Positions 11,401-22,700 of a DNA stretch of 64,000 nt are shown in pieces. The notes beneath the pieces are model-generated. The model was not told the origin of the DNA. It saw only the letters and a list, made by a program, of their open reading frames with translations, and ran no database searches. Made by a program: the position numbers and the translations under genes. Origin of the DNA: Macrostomum lignano. Taxonomy: Eukaryota. The stretch's first letter is position 1. Each line of letters starts with the position of its first letter. The DNA lies in the NCBI GenBank assembly GCA_002269645.1, contig NIVC01001367.1, positions 62,001 through 126,000 of the forward strand. Direction: 5' to 3'.

Positions 11401-12737
11401 GGGTCCAGCCGGCGCGCCAGGCTCAGCTTGCACCAGTCCAGATTGCCGTAGTCAATGAAGAAGACCTGCAGTGTCTGCTTCTCGGGATTGGCTGACAGCA
11501 CCCTGGCGCGGTACATGACGCTGCCGGCAATGCAGGGGAAGGGGCAGGCGACTGTGGTCCCGGGCTGCGGCAGGCTCGAGAATCTGTACAGCGCGCCCTG
11601 CGCTTTGTGGTAGAAAACTGTCAGCCGGTCCTCCAGCTCAGAGGATCGCTTGTTGGTCAGCGACAGGCAAATGGGACTGAACAGAAACTGGACTACTAGC
11701 GACCTGCGGCTGTGTGGCACGGCCTCGAACTCGCGGACTCGGGGGCAATAGTCCGGACCCAAGTAGAACTCCCGGGCGGCTCTCTTAACTTCAGTTTCCT
11801 TTGCCTGCGCAGCAGGCTTCTTCGTTTCGGCTTCAGCAACAGGCTTTCGTGCTTCAGATTGAAGCCTTCGCCAGAGCGGCCCCCTCGTCAGAGCGGCAGG
11901 ACTCTTCGCTGCAGCTTCGACTCTTTCCTTCGACTTAGCGACAGCCTTTTTTGCTTCAGCCCTTTGCTTTGCTTCAGCTTCAGCCCTTTGTCTCGCTTCA
12001 GCTTCAGCCTTTTGCTTTGCTTCAGCTTCAGCCTTTTGCTTTGCTTCAGCTTCAGCCTTTTGCTTTGCTTCAGCTTCAGCCTTTTTCTTTGCTTCAGCTT
12101 CAGCCTTTTGCTTTGCTTCAGCTTCAGCCTTTTGCCTTGCTTCAGCTTCAGCCTTTTTCTTTGCTTCAGCTTCAGCCTTTTGCTTTGCTTCAGCTTCAGC
12201 CTTTTGCCTTGCTTCAGCTTCAGCCTTTTTCTTTGCTTCAGCTTCAGCCTTTTGCTTTGCTTCAGCTTCAGCCTTTTTCTTTGCTTCAGCTTCAGCCTTT
12301 TGCTTTGCTTCAGCTTCAGCCTTTTGCCTTGCTTCAGCTTTAACGACAGCCTCTTTGGCTTCAACTTCAGCCTTTTTCTTAGCCTGAGCGGCAGTCCTCG
12401 CTTCAGCTTGAGTATCTGTTTTGGCTTCAGCCGCAGCAGCGCTCACCGCTTCATCCGTCCCGTTATCGACTGAGCTGTCGCTAGTGACGCTGTCGTACAG
12501 ATCCTCCAGGGTGAGCTGCAGCTTGGAGAGCTCAGTCACGAATTCAATAACGCGACTGGAGCTGGCGAAGTCGACGCTGGCCTCCCGAGCTACAGTCTGC
12601 GCCACGCACTGGTTGACCTGTCGTGTGGCGCTGTCGTAGCTGCTCTGCAGGTCCTCCAGCATGCACTGCAGCTGCTCGCGCATGTCCTCAATGCGGCGCA
12701 AGTCCTTCGACTTCAACTTGCGGGCGCTGCCGCTCAT
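8491..12737 (-). CDS. Triple Tudor-domain protein with CCCH zinc finger and N-terminal AEAKQK repeat; exons 12737-11065, 10950-10089, 9525-8491; ~1189 aa
   Basis: Three ORF-track pieces join in frame via GA|gtgagt..cgcag|G and CAG|gtgagc..ccccag|ATT. Tudor 1 has [14 protein letters not shown], Tudor 2 has [10 protein letters not shown], Tudor 3 has [16 protein letters not shown]; C-x8-C-x5-C-x3-H at 9250-9309. Confidence 0.88.
9740..9950. repeat. 42-bp minisatellite x5 in Tudor gene intron 2
   Basis: GCTGATGTACACCCTGTGTGAGCGTCCCTGGGTACAGTATCT repeated. Confidence 0.95.
11950..12345 (-). repeat. In-frame 24-bp coding repeat encoding ([10 protein letters not shown])n, ~16 copies
   Basis: Translation of ORF 11061..12737; the period of 24 preserves frame. 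Confidence 0.93.
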
Positions 12738-12814
12738 GTTGGCTGCAATGAATGTTAGAAGAATTATGCAGTCTGCTCAACTTTAGAGGCGAAAGAACCG
12801 GGGGTACTCGATTC

Positions 12815-13112
12815 GGGGTGGTTTGTGGGCGATTCTAGGGGTGGTTTGTGGGCGATTCTAGGAGTGGTTTGTGGGCGATTCTAGGGGTGGTTTGTGGGCG
12901 ATTCTAGGAGTGGTTTGTGGGCGATTCTAGGGGTGGTTTGTGGGCGATTCTAGGAGTGGTTTATGAGCGATTCTAGGGGTTTTTGGGCGATTCTAGGGGT
13001 GGTTTTTGGGCAATTCTAGGGGTTTTTGGGCGATTCTAGGGGTGGTTTTTGGGCGATTCTAGGGTTTTTTGGGCGATTCTACGGGTGGTTTTTGGGCCAT
13101 TCTAGGGGTTTT
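12815..13112. repeat. ~20-23-bp minisatellite (GGGCGATTCTAGGGGTGGTTTGT)
   Basis: About 13 degenerate copies between MED18 and the Tudor gene. Confidence 0.93.
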
Positions 13113-13597
13113 TGGGCTATCCCACTCTGCCAGTTTGTTGTCACTCCGGACGCGCTGGAACTACTATGATGCACTTGATTTTTTACATTTCTCACAAAAA
13201 CTTTACTAATCAACTCCTCAAACAAAACTCCATAGCGCTTGAGTCGCCAAAAGCCCAAGCACGACTGGAAAGGGAATCACAAAGGCACTGCTAGAAGCGC
13301 AGGTGCCGCCAAACCTATTCAACAAATAAAGGAAACAATACAACAGCTGAAAATCATGCTGGCATGTAACTGTATGCTATGCTAAACAGCTGAGTGCTGC
13401 ACTGCTTGTTATTCATAGGTATAAAGCGATTGTAACAGTAAATGCTCAGAGATTGCTAGAGGATTGGCTGGTCAAACAAGGGTTTTTTAATTTTAATAAG
13501 CACCTTTGTACACACAGGATACTAACAGGCATCTAACAAAGCGGCCTCAGGGTAAAAATTCTAGACTTTAGCTCTTGAATGAAATAATGCATTCCCT

Positions 13598-13815
13598 GTC
13601 AACTTCTTTGTCAAAGCCGCGATCTACAGTCTAAATTGGAAACCATAGACATCAACTTCCCTGTCAAAGCCGCGATCTACAGTCTGAATTGGAAACCATA
13701 GACATCAACTTCCCTGTCAAAGCCGCGATCTACAGTCTGAATTGGAAACCATAGACATCAACTTCCCTGTCAAAGCCGCGATCTACAGTCTGAATTGGAA
13801 ACCATAGACATCAGC
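13598..13815. repeat. 53-bp tandem repeat x4
   Basis: TCAACTTCCCTGTCAAAGCCGCGATCTACAGTCTGAATTGGAAACCATAGACA at 13652, 13705 and 13758. Confidence 0.93.
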
Positions 13816-13873
13816 TTCCCCACTTGTCTACAAATACTCGGATCAGTTCACCGAATTAAGGAGGCCGGCACCG

Positions 13874-14461
13874 CTACGCCTTTGGTGCTTTCTGGTCGTG
13901 CTTAGCCAGCAGCACGAGTGACTTTAGCTGGTCCCGCACGGACAGCACCGACTCCACCATGCCGGCCGTCAGTGAGGACGGGCCAAGGCCGGACACCTCC
14001 ACCAGGCTGGACTCTGGCGCCAAGGAGGCGGGCGCACCTGGCCGGTACACCCTGTAGACGGTGACCTTCAGTAGGCCGCGGCGGAACACGGTGCCCTCGG
14101 CGATGAAGTCGAACTCGTGCTGGAAACCCATGGCCTCCACCAGCTGCCGGGCCGCGTCCAGGGAGAACACCGGCACCTCGTAGGCGGCCCGCGACATGAC
14201 GCGGTGGTCAGCGGACTCGGGGATGCCCAGGTAACGAAGGTAGGCGGGCAGGTGCGGGTGCAGGAGACTCCAGCGAAGGCGCAGGCGGGTGCCGCTGAGG
14301 CCGGGGACGGCGCAGGTGAACACGGATTCCTGGTCCCGGAACTCGTCCCCGGGCGAGTCGCAGATGCCGCGCAGGCGGGTGAGCAGGAACTCAGTGAATG
14401 GTTTGAGCACGCTGCCCTGCAGGTAGACCTCAGTGTTGGGCACCCTCTGCTGCTGCTGCAT
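13874..14461 (-). CDS. MED18: Mediator of RNA polymerase II transcription subunit 18, single coding exon, ~195 aa
   Basis: EVYLQGSVL..LLTRLRGICD..F.DQESVF and LRYLG..GF.HEFDFIAEGTVFRRG.LKVTVY match the Med18 family. Start placed at ATG 14461 just after a splice acceptor; the ORF-track start at 14509 is probably intronic. Confidence 0.9.
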   Translation of the reverse strand: MQQQQRVPNTEVYLQGSVLKPFTEFLLTRLRGICDSPGDEFRDQESVFTCAVPGLSGTRLRLRWSLLHPHLPAYLRYLGIPESADHRVMSRAAYEVPVFSLDAARQLVEAMGFQHEFDFIAEGTVFRRGLLKVTVYRVYRPGAPASLAPESSLVEVSGLGPSSLTAGMVESVLSVRDQLKSLVLLAKHDQKAPKA

Positions 14462-14824
14462 TGCTGAAGGAGAATTTTGCTTCCCTGTTATAAATTGCAG
14501 ATTTCTCATTGTGCGGTTCTGTGAGACGGGTTTAGTTTCAAGACTTTAGATGGTGTGGCAAATCTTGACCGCTTTGGCTAACAGATATAACAATGGAAAT
14601 CAAAGTTAAGACAATGTTTTCAATACGTTTAATAGCACAAAATGCATAAAACTGGTGGCTAATCAATCAGTAATCAGTTTTAATCCGTATAAATTAACAA
14701 AATGCAGTCGGTTCAGTCAAAAAATTTCTAATAAATTCAAAAAGCACAATTAGAAAAATAAATGCAAATAAGGAGAACGGAAAACTCGTGTGATTGGTTC
14801 GGAAACTCGCAGAACTGGCGCACT

Positions 14825-15197
14825 CTGGTTTCGGAAGTGGAACCCTTAGGTTTCGGAGCTGGAACTCTTAGGTTTCGGAGCTGGAACTCTTAGGTTTCGG
14901 AGCTGGAACCCTTAGGTTTCGGAGCTGGAACTCTTAGGTTTCGGAGCTGGAACCCTTAGGTTTCGGAGCTGGAACCCTTAGGTTTAGGAAATGGCACGCC
15001 TTGGTTTCGGAAATGGCACGCCTTGGTTTCGAAAATGGCACGCCTTGGTTTCGGAAATGGCACGCCTTGGTTTCGGAAATGGCACGCCTTGGTTTCGGGA
15101 ATGGCACGCCTTGGATTCGGAAATGGCACGCCTTGGATTCGGAAATGGCACGCTTTGGTTTCGGAAATGGCACGCCTTGGATTCGGAAATGGCACGC
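14825..15197. repeat. Two adjacent related 22-bp minisatellites
   Basis: AGGTTTCGGAGCTGGAACTCTT (~7 copies) followed by TGGTTTCGGAAATGGCACGCCT (~9 copies). Confidence 0.94.
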
Positions 15198-15334
15198 TCT
15201 CTAGCTTCGGAACAGGAGGTACTTTTTTAATTCGACAGGCATTCTCTAAGTTTCAGAACTGGCAAATGGAAACGAGGAAATGACTGAGGAATGCCACATT
15301 TAGGGTCATCGTTGAGACGAATCAAGCATTCAAA

Positions 15335-15511
15335 TCAGCCGCTCCGATTGGTGTAGCGGGTGACGAACGTGGAGGCGGTGGAGAACAGCACCAGGAACAC
15401 CAGCGAGCCGAACAGAAAAACCATCGAGATGGTCAGGAAGTCGTCGATGAAGGTCAGCTTCTCGCTCACCATCATGGCCAGGTGGATGCATTCGATTTCC
15501 TCAAATTTCAT
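15335..15511 (-). CDS. Putative single-pass membrane microprotein (58 aa, or 46 aa from ATG 15475)
   Basis: Strong GC3 bias like neighbouring genuine exons; hydrophobic stretch FLTISMVFLFGSLVFLVLFSTASTFV. No recognised family. Confidence 0.55.
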   Translation of the reverse strand: MKFEEIECIHLAMMVSEKLTFIDDFLTISMVFLFGSLVFLVLFSTASTFVTRYTNRSG

Positions 15512-15660
15512 TGCGGCAAGACGGCGGCATGAAATTGCATGGAAATATTTGTACAGCTCTGCTGAATTGCGCACTTCCCTAAAATACTTGTGGTGAATAC
15601 GGAACTGGTGGGAGCCCTGGCCGGGTAACTGGGGTGTGCTGCTGCAGAATTGGGCAGCTG

Positions 15661-16148
15661 GACACTCAGGGGGTGGGTGGAGCAGTGAAGGACACTCAGG
15701 GAGGGCGGAGAGGTGAAGGACACTCAGGGAGGGCAAAGCGGTGAAGGACACTCAGGGAGGGCAAAGCGGTGGAGGACACTCAGGGAGGGCGGAGAGGTGG
15801 ACACTCAGGGAGGGCGGAGAGGTGAAGGACACTCAGGGAGGGCGGAGAGGTGAAGGACACTCAGGGAGGGCAGAGAGGTGAAGGACACTCAGGGAGGGCA
15901 GAGAGGTGGACACTCAGGGATGGCAAAGCGGTGGAGGACACTCAGGGAGGGCGGAGAGGTGAAGGACACTCAGGGAGGGCGGAGCGATGAAGGACACTCA
16001 GGGAGGGCGGAGCGGTGAAGGACACTCAGGGAGGGCGGAGCGATGAAGGACACTCAGGGAGGGCGGAGCGGTGGACACTCAGGGAGGGCGGAGCGGTGGA
16101 CACTCAGGGAGGGCAGAGGTGAACACTCAGGGAGGGCGGAGGTGGACA
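15661..16148. repeat. 25-28-bp purine-rich minisatellite
   Basis: GACACTCAGGGAGGGCGGAGAGGTGAAG, ~18 copies. Confidence 0.94.
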
Positions 16149-16736
16149 CCTACTTCGTACAAAGGGCGGTTGAGGAGGTGGAGATTTAGTTAGTCAGGAG
16201 GCTGTGTACACCTGGCGCACTTTAAGCGACATCGTCACACAACCGATGAGAAGCATTACTGCCCATTCCGCAGACTCCCCTGAGCAGGTACACAAGCGCG
16301 CGGATCAGCTTCCCAAATAGCCAAATGAAAAAGAGGATTTCAAACACAAAACAAGCAGGTTGCAAAGCCCGCCATTTTACTCTGTTGATTACTCTATTTT
16401 ATTAATTTATACTAAAGTGGCATTGAGTCATACGAGTACATAAGCAAACCTGTTAGTACATAGTTTTAAAACGATCAATTTCCTGTCTCTAAACGAACTA
16501 TTTGCATGAAGGAGTAACTGCTCCAGAGACTGGGCAGCTCTAGCAGGAACATTTTATTGTGGTGGCTGCGCTAGTTTACAGGATAAAGGGTACGCCAGGG
16601 GTGCTCAATGACTAACATTAGCCCTCCCGACCCCAGCATAGCTCAAACTACTACTTAGCTGTGAAACTCCAAACACAGCCGGGGAGGATGGGGAACAGAA
16701 CGGGGGATTACATATTTCTAGGAAACCTAGGGCAGG

Positions 16737-19700
16737 TCACTTCTCGTCGCCAGCGCCCTCCTTGCGCATATTCTTGTCAGCGTCCCTGTAGTTGGGGAAC
16801 ACCTCCCAGGGGGTGGAGTACTCGAACTTGCGGAAGTCCTGCGCCAGCTCCACCGGCTCGATCACCACCCGCTTCTGCTCGTCATCGTAGCGGTACTCAT
16901 TGTAGCCAACCAGCGGGAAGTCCTTGCGGAACGGGTGGCCCTGGAAGCCGTAGTCCGTGAGGATGCGGCGCAGGTCGGGGTGGTTGGTGAAGTACACGCC
17001 GAACATGTCCCAGACCTCGCGCTCGTACCAGTTGGCCGCCTGGAACACGGAGCAGCAGGACTCCAGCGGGGTGAGCTCGTCCGTGTAGGTCTTCACTCGC
17101 GCCCGGCAGTTATAGCGCAGAGACAGCAGGTTGTACACCACCTCGAATCGGAACTGCCGGCTGGGCACGTCCACGCAGCAGATGTCGCTCAGGTTCACGA
17201 ACTGCCCGGCGTGGTGGTCCTTCAGGAAGGACAGCACGGGCAGGACGCCCTCGGGGTGGATGAGGATCTCCAGCTCGTCAAAGATGGTCACGTCGGCGGA
17301 CTGGATGTATTTTGGCAGGCACTCGCCCGCGTACTTGCCGAATGCCTTCAGCGGCTCGCGAATGGCCGGGTCCGAGTAGCGGACAGTGGCTGTGGGGAGA
17401 GCAGAGAGGAGGGGCATTTGAGTTTTTCAAGGCGCGGATTGTGTGGGCGGATGGGTCACTTGTTCAAGGCGTGAATTGAGTGGGCGGATGGGTCACTTGT
17501 TCAAAGCGTGAATTGAGTGGGCAGATAGGTCACTTGTTCAAGGCGTGAATTGAGTGGGCAGATAGGTCACTTGTTCAAGGCGCGGATTGTGTGGGCGGAT
17601 GGGTCACTTGTTTAAGGCGTGAATTGTGTGGGCAGATGGGTCACTTGTTCAAGGCGTGAATTGAGTGGGCGGATGGTCACTTGTTCAAGGCGTGAATTGA
17701 GTGGGCGGATGGGTCACTTTTTCAAGGCGTGAATTGAGTGGGCAGATAGGTCACTTGTTCAAGGCGTGAATTGAGTGGGCGGATGGTCACTTGTTCAAGG
17801 CGCGGATTGTGTGGGCGGATGGTCACTTGTTCAAGGCGCGGATTGTGTGGGCGGATGGTCACTTGTTCAAGGCGTGAATTGAGTGGGCAGATAGGTCACT
17901 TGTTCAAGGCGCGGATTGTGTGGGCGGATGGGTCACTTTTTCAAGGCGTGAATTGAGTGGGCAGATAGGTCACTTGTTCAAGGCGTGAATTGAGTGGGCG
18001 GATGGGTCACTTTTTCAAGGCGTGAATTGAGTGGGCAGATAGGTCACTTGTTCAAGGCGTGGATTGTGTGGGCGGATGGGTCACTTGTTCAAGGCGCGGA
18101 TTGTGTGGGCAGATAGGTCACTTGTTCAAGGCGTGAATTGAGTGGGCGGATGGTCACTTGTTCAAGGCGTGAATTGAGTGGGCGGATGGGTCACTTTTTC
18201 AAGGCGTGAATTGAGTGGGCAGATAGGTCACTTGTTCAAGGCGTGAATTGAGTGGGCGGATGGTCACTTGTTCAAGGCGCGGATTGTGTGGGCGGATGGT
18301 CACTTGTTCAAGGCGCGGATTGTGTGGGCGGATGGTCACTTGTTCAAGGCGCGGATTGTGTGGGCGGATAAGTCACTTGTTCAAGGCGTGAATTGAGTGG
18401 GCGGATGGGTCACTTGTTCAAGGCGTGAATTGAGTGGGCAGATGGGTCACTTGTTCAAGGCGTGAATTGAATGGGCGGATTTGTCACTTGTTCAAGGCGT
18501 GAATTGAGTGGGCAGATGGGTCACTTGTTCAAGGCGTGAATTGAGTGGGCGGATTTGTCACTTGTTCAAGGCGTGAATTGAGTGGGCGGATGTATCACTT
18601 GCTCAAACCGTGAATTGAGTGGGCGGATGTATCACTTTTCAAGGCGTGAGATTCCGGGTAGAGCCATTTAGGTTTTTTAATCATAGTGTGTTGCCATTTC
18701 CTAAAGTAATTTGTTTTGATGCTGCATTGCATTTGAAGAAAAGGAGCCAGACTGCCAGAGCCCTATAGTAGTGAATTTGAGAAGATATATCCAATTAGAA
18801 GAATTTCAGGTTACTTACGCATTTTCTTCTCTGTGCACAACTCGCGCCTCACAGGTGTTGGAAAACCTTGAAATATAAATGGGAAAAATTAACAATGTCT
18901 TTTATGTATGCATTTGCTAGATGCAGTTAAGACATACTAAAAACTAATACATACATGTACTAAACACTAACATATCTATAAAAGCTTTAGTTAAGAGCCA
19001 AAAAGACAGGCCCTAAGACACAAGTTAATTATTGAAGACACTAATTTAGTTCATAGCAGACACAGGTGAATTATTGAAGACACTAATTTAGTTCATAGCA
19101 GACACAGGTGAATTATTGAAGACACTAATTTATTTCATAGCAGACACAGGTGAATTATTGAAGACACTAATTTATTTCATAGCAGACACAGGTGAATTAT
19201 TGAAGACACTAATTTATTTCATAGCAGACACAGGTGAATTATTGAAGACACTAATTTAGTTCATAGCAGACAGAGAGTGAATTATTGAAGACACTAATTT
19301 AGTTCATAGCAGACAGAGAGTGAATTATTGAAGACACTAATTTAGTTCATAGCAGACACAGGTGAATTATTGAAGACACTAATTTAGTTCATAGCAGACA
19401 CAGGTGAATTATTGAAGACACTAATTTAGTTCATAGCAGACACAGGTGAATTATTGAAGACACTAATTTAGTTCATAGCAGACACAGGTGAATTATTGAA
19501 GACACTAATTTAGTTCATAGCAGACACAGGTGAATTATTGAAGACACTAATTTATTTCATAGCAGACACAGGTGAATTATTGAAGACACTAATTTATTTC
19601 ATAGCAGACACAGGTGAATTATTGAAGACACTAATTTAGTTCATAGCAGACACAGAGTGAATTATTGAAGACACTAATTTAGTTCATAGCAGACAGAGAG

Positions 19701-22700
19701 TGAATTATTGAAGACACTAATTTAGTTCATAGCAGACACAGGTGAATTATTGAAGACACTAATTTAGTTCATAGCAGACACAGGTGAATTATTGAAGACA
19801 CTAATTTAGTTCATAGCAGACACAGAGTGAATTATTGAAGACACTAATTTAGTTCATAGCAGACACAGGTGAATTATTGAAGACACTAATTTAGTTCATA
19901 GCAGACACAGGTGAATTATTGAAGACACTAATTTAGTTCATAGCAGACAGAGAGTGAATTATTGAAGACACTAATTTATTTCATAGCAGACACAGGTGAA
20001 TTATTGAAGACACTAATTTAGTTCATAGCAGACACAGAGTGAATTATTGAAGACACTAATTTAGTTCATAGCAGACACAGGTGAATTATTGAAGACACTA
20101 ATTTAGTTCATAGCAGACACAGGTGAATTATTGAAGACACTAATTTAGTTCATAGCAGACACAGAGTGAATTATTGAAGACACTAATTTAGTTCATAGCA
20201 GACAGAGAGTGAATTATTGAAGACACTAATTTAGTTCATAGCAGACACAGGTGAATTATTGAAGACACTAATTTAGTTCATAGCAGACAGAGAGTGAATT
20301 ATTGAAGACACTAATTTATTTCATAGCAGACACAGGTGAATTATTGAAGACACTAATTTAGTTCATAGCAGACACAGAGTGAATTATTGAAGACACTTCT
20401 TATTCAACAAATTCAACAATTCTTATATGCAAGACAACTATATTGTTTCAAATCTAGAATTGTTATAGCATGTCTTTCCCTCTCTAAACCCTTTTCTCTA
20501 ATGTATATAAACTAATGTAGATTGTCATATTCAAAAAGACCAACCCTTATAACATTGAAACAACATCAACAAAAAGATTATTTGGTAACTCCCACTTCAT
20601 TTTACATTCTTGCCTTCATTTTTATTTCTTAGTTGAAAATAGTTTTAGAAGGAGAAAACTTTTTGTCTGCTTAAAAAGCAAATTTATGGGTAGACAAAAT
20701 GACTAGCATCCACCCTGTCTATATATGATCTTGCTATTAACTTTTAAGGACAATTAATTGCTAGGACATTAGCATGTTAGCAAAATCCTTTTTCTATATT
20801 TAATATCATTATATTAAAAACCCTAGCTATAATAGTGAAAACTAGAGTTTTTAGATAACCAATCATTTTGCCATAAACCATTTTGGCCATAGACATTTTC
20901 CTTCTCCCCCAGACCATTTTGCCCATAGACCATTTGGCCATGGACCATTTCTAAACTTTAGGTTTTAAACTGTGCTTTAATTCTTTATTTTAGTGACAAA
21001 CTTATTCTTTAAGTATTTTTAGCTTTACCTTGCTTGTAACCAAAACCTTTTCTCACCCTCTTTTAATAACTGATCATTCAAATTGGCTTTATTTGCCATG
21101 CACTTTTGAAAGGAATGACTTTTATATAATCACCATTTTGGCCAAAATGCCTATAACTAAACTGGTTTATGGGCAAAATAGTTTGGGGGCAAAACAACTA
21201 GAATTTGGGTTTTTATTATTTAATAGTTAAGCAAAGCCTAAATATTAGGGCAATTTGGTATTATTATTATTACATGTGTTAATATTATAACAAATTTAAT
21301 AGGCCCTATACCATGGCTACATAATGATTGACTTTCCTAAATAAATTCAGACTGTAGTACACTGTATTTATTAAAATTAGGCCTAAAGCAAAAACTTAAA
21401 CTAATATAAGGGCCTATGAGAAGTGATCAATAAGTTGTGCAAGTGACCTCACAACTCAGTATTATAGCAGCCAAGGCCAATCAGTGTCACATTCCCTCAA
21501 AGTTCTTTCCACCATCATCTATGCACCGTTGCATGCGTGTGCACCATGTCTGAAAGCAATCATGGTACTCTGAAGTTGGTATACCCTGTAGAGCTAAATG
21601 TACTGCTTGGGCAAGGTCTTGTATGCATTAAAATGGCCTCCTAGAAATGATGGATTTGATCCTCGGGAATAGCCAAAAGTCACAGGGTGCTAGGTCTAGA
21701 GAGTAGGGAGGATAAGGCAATAGCTGGACCTTTTGCTGCTCCAGATACGCCAATGATTAAGGCCACTCTATGCGGTGCCGCATTGTCATAGTGTAGCAGG
21801 AGTCAAGGTCCATGCCTGGTTCGCATATATTCTTGCTGCTCCTGCAGCACACCTGGCAGAACAGTGTCTATGAAGTACCTGGCAGTCACTGTGGCACCCG
21901 CTAAAAGGATGTTTACTAATACAACACTAAGAGTTGAAAAAAAATGGTGAACATCTGCTTCTGACTGTACAATCTAGTTTTTAACACCTCAAGCCTTGGC
22001 TCATCTTCTGCTAACCAGACCATGTTGGACTGCTTATCCTTCATGGTAAAGAAGGAGATCCAATATTTGTCTCCTATTATAATATTCAATACTCATTGTG
22101 GGCTGTGGGGCTCAAACATTTGCAGCCATAAACAGCAGATGCACTCCCTCTTTGCTTACTGCTCTAGAGTAAGAAGATGGGTACCCACCAAGTGCAAGTC
22201 TTTGTGTGGCCTAGTTGCTTATGCATGATGTTATGAGCACTTCCATAGCTGACATTAATCTTATAAGCAAGGAATCTTAGCATAATGTTTCAATCCTCAC
22301 AATTTATTTGTATTGGCATAGGCCATGACATCTTTAGTCATGGATGTCTTGGGTAAGCTAGACCTTGGTTCATTGTTGAAGCTGTCCCAGCCTTCCAAGA
22401 AATAGCACACTCAGCAGGCAACTGTGTCAAATGATGGAGCAGAGTTAGCTAAAACATTCACTAGATTAGGCCTAGTATGAATCTCAGTCACTGCAGCCAA
22501 GTTGCATGTGCATAAAGATATAGAAGCAAATACTGTCTTTTGATGGTTCCATCAGCTACTGAAAACACATGGAAAATATATGGCTATGAAATTTGACTGG
22601 GCACATTTGGAAGCCAAAAATGCATATTATAGGCCTAGCAAACAGATATAGCCAAATGTGTATAAGTTCTTGGCTTTTGTCGATTCTATACCTAAAAGCA

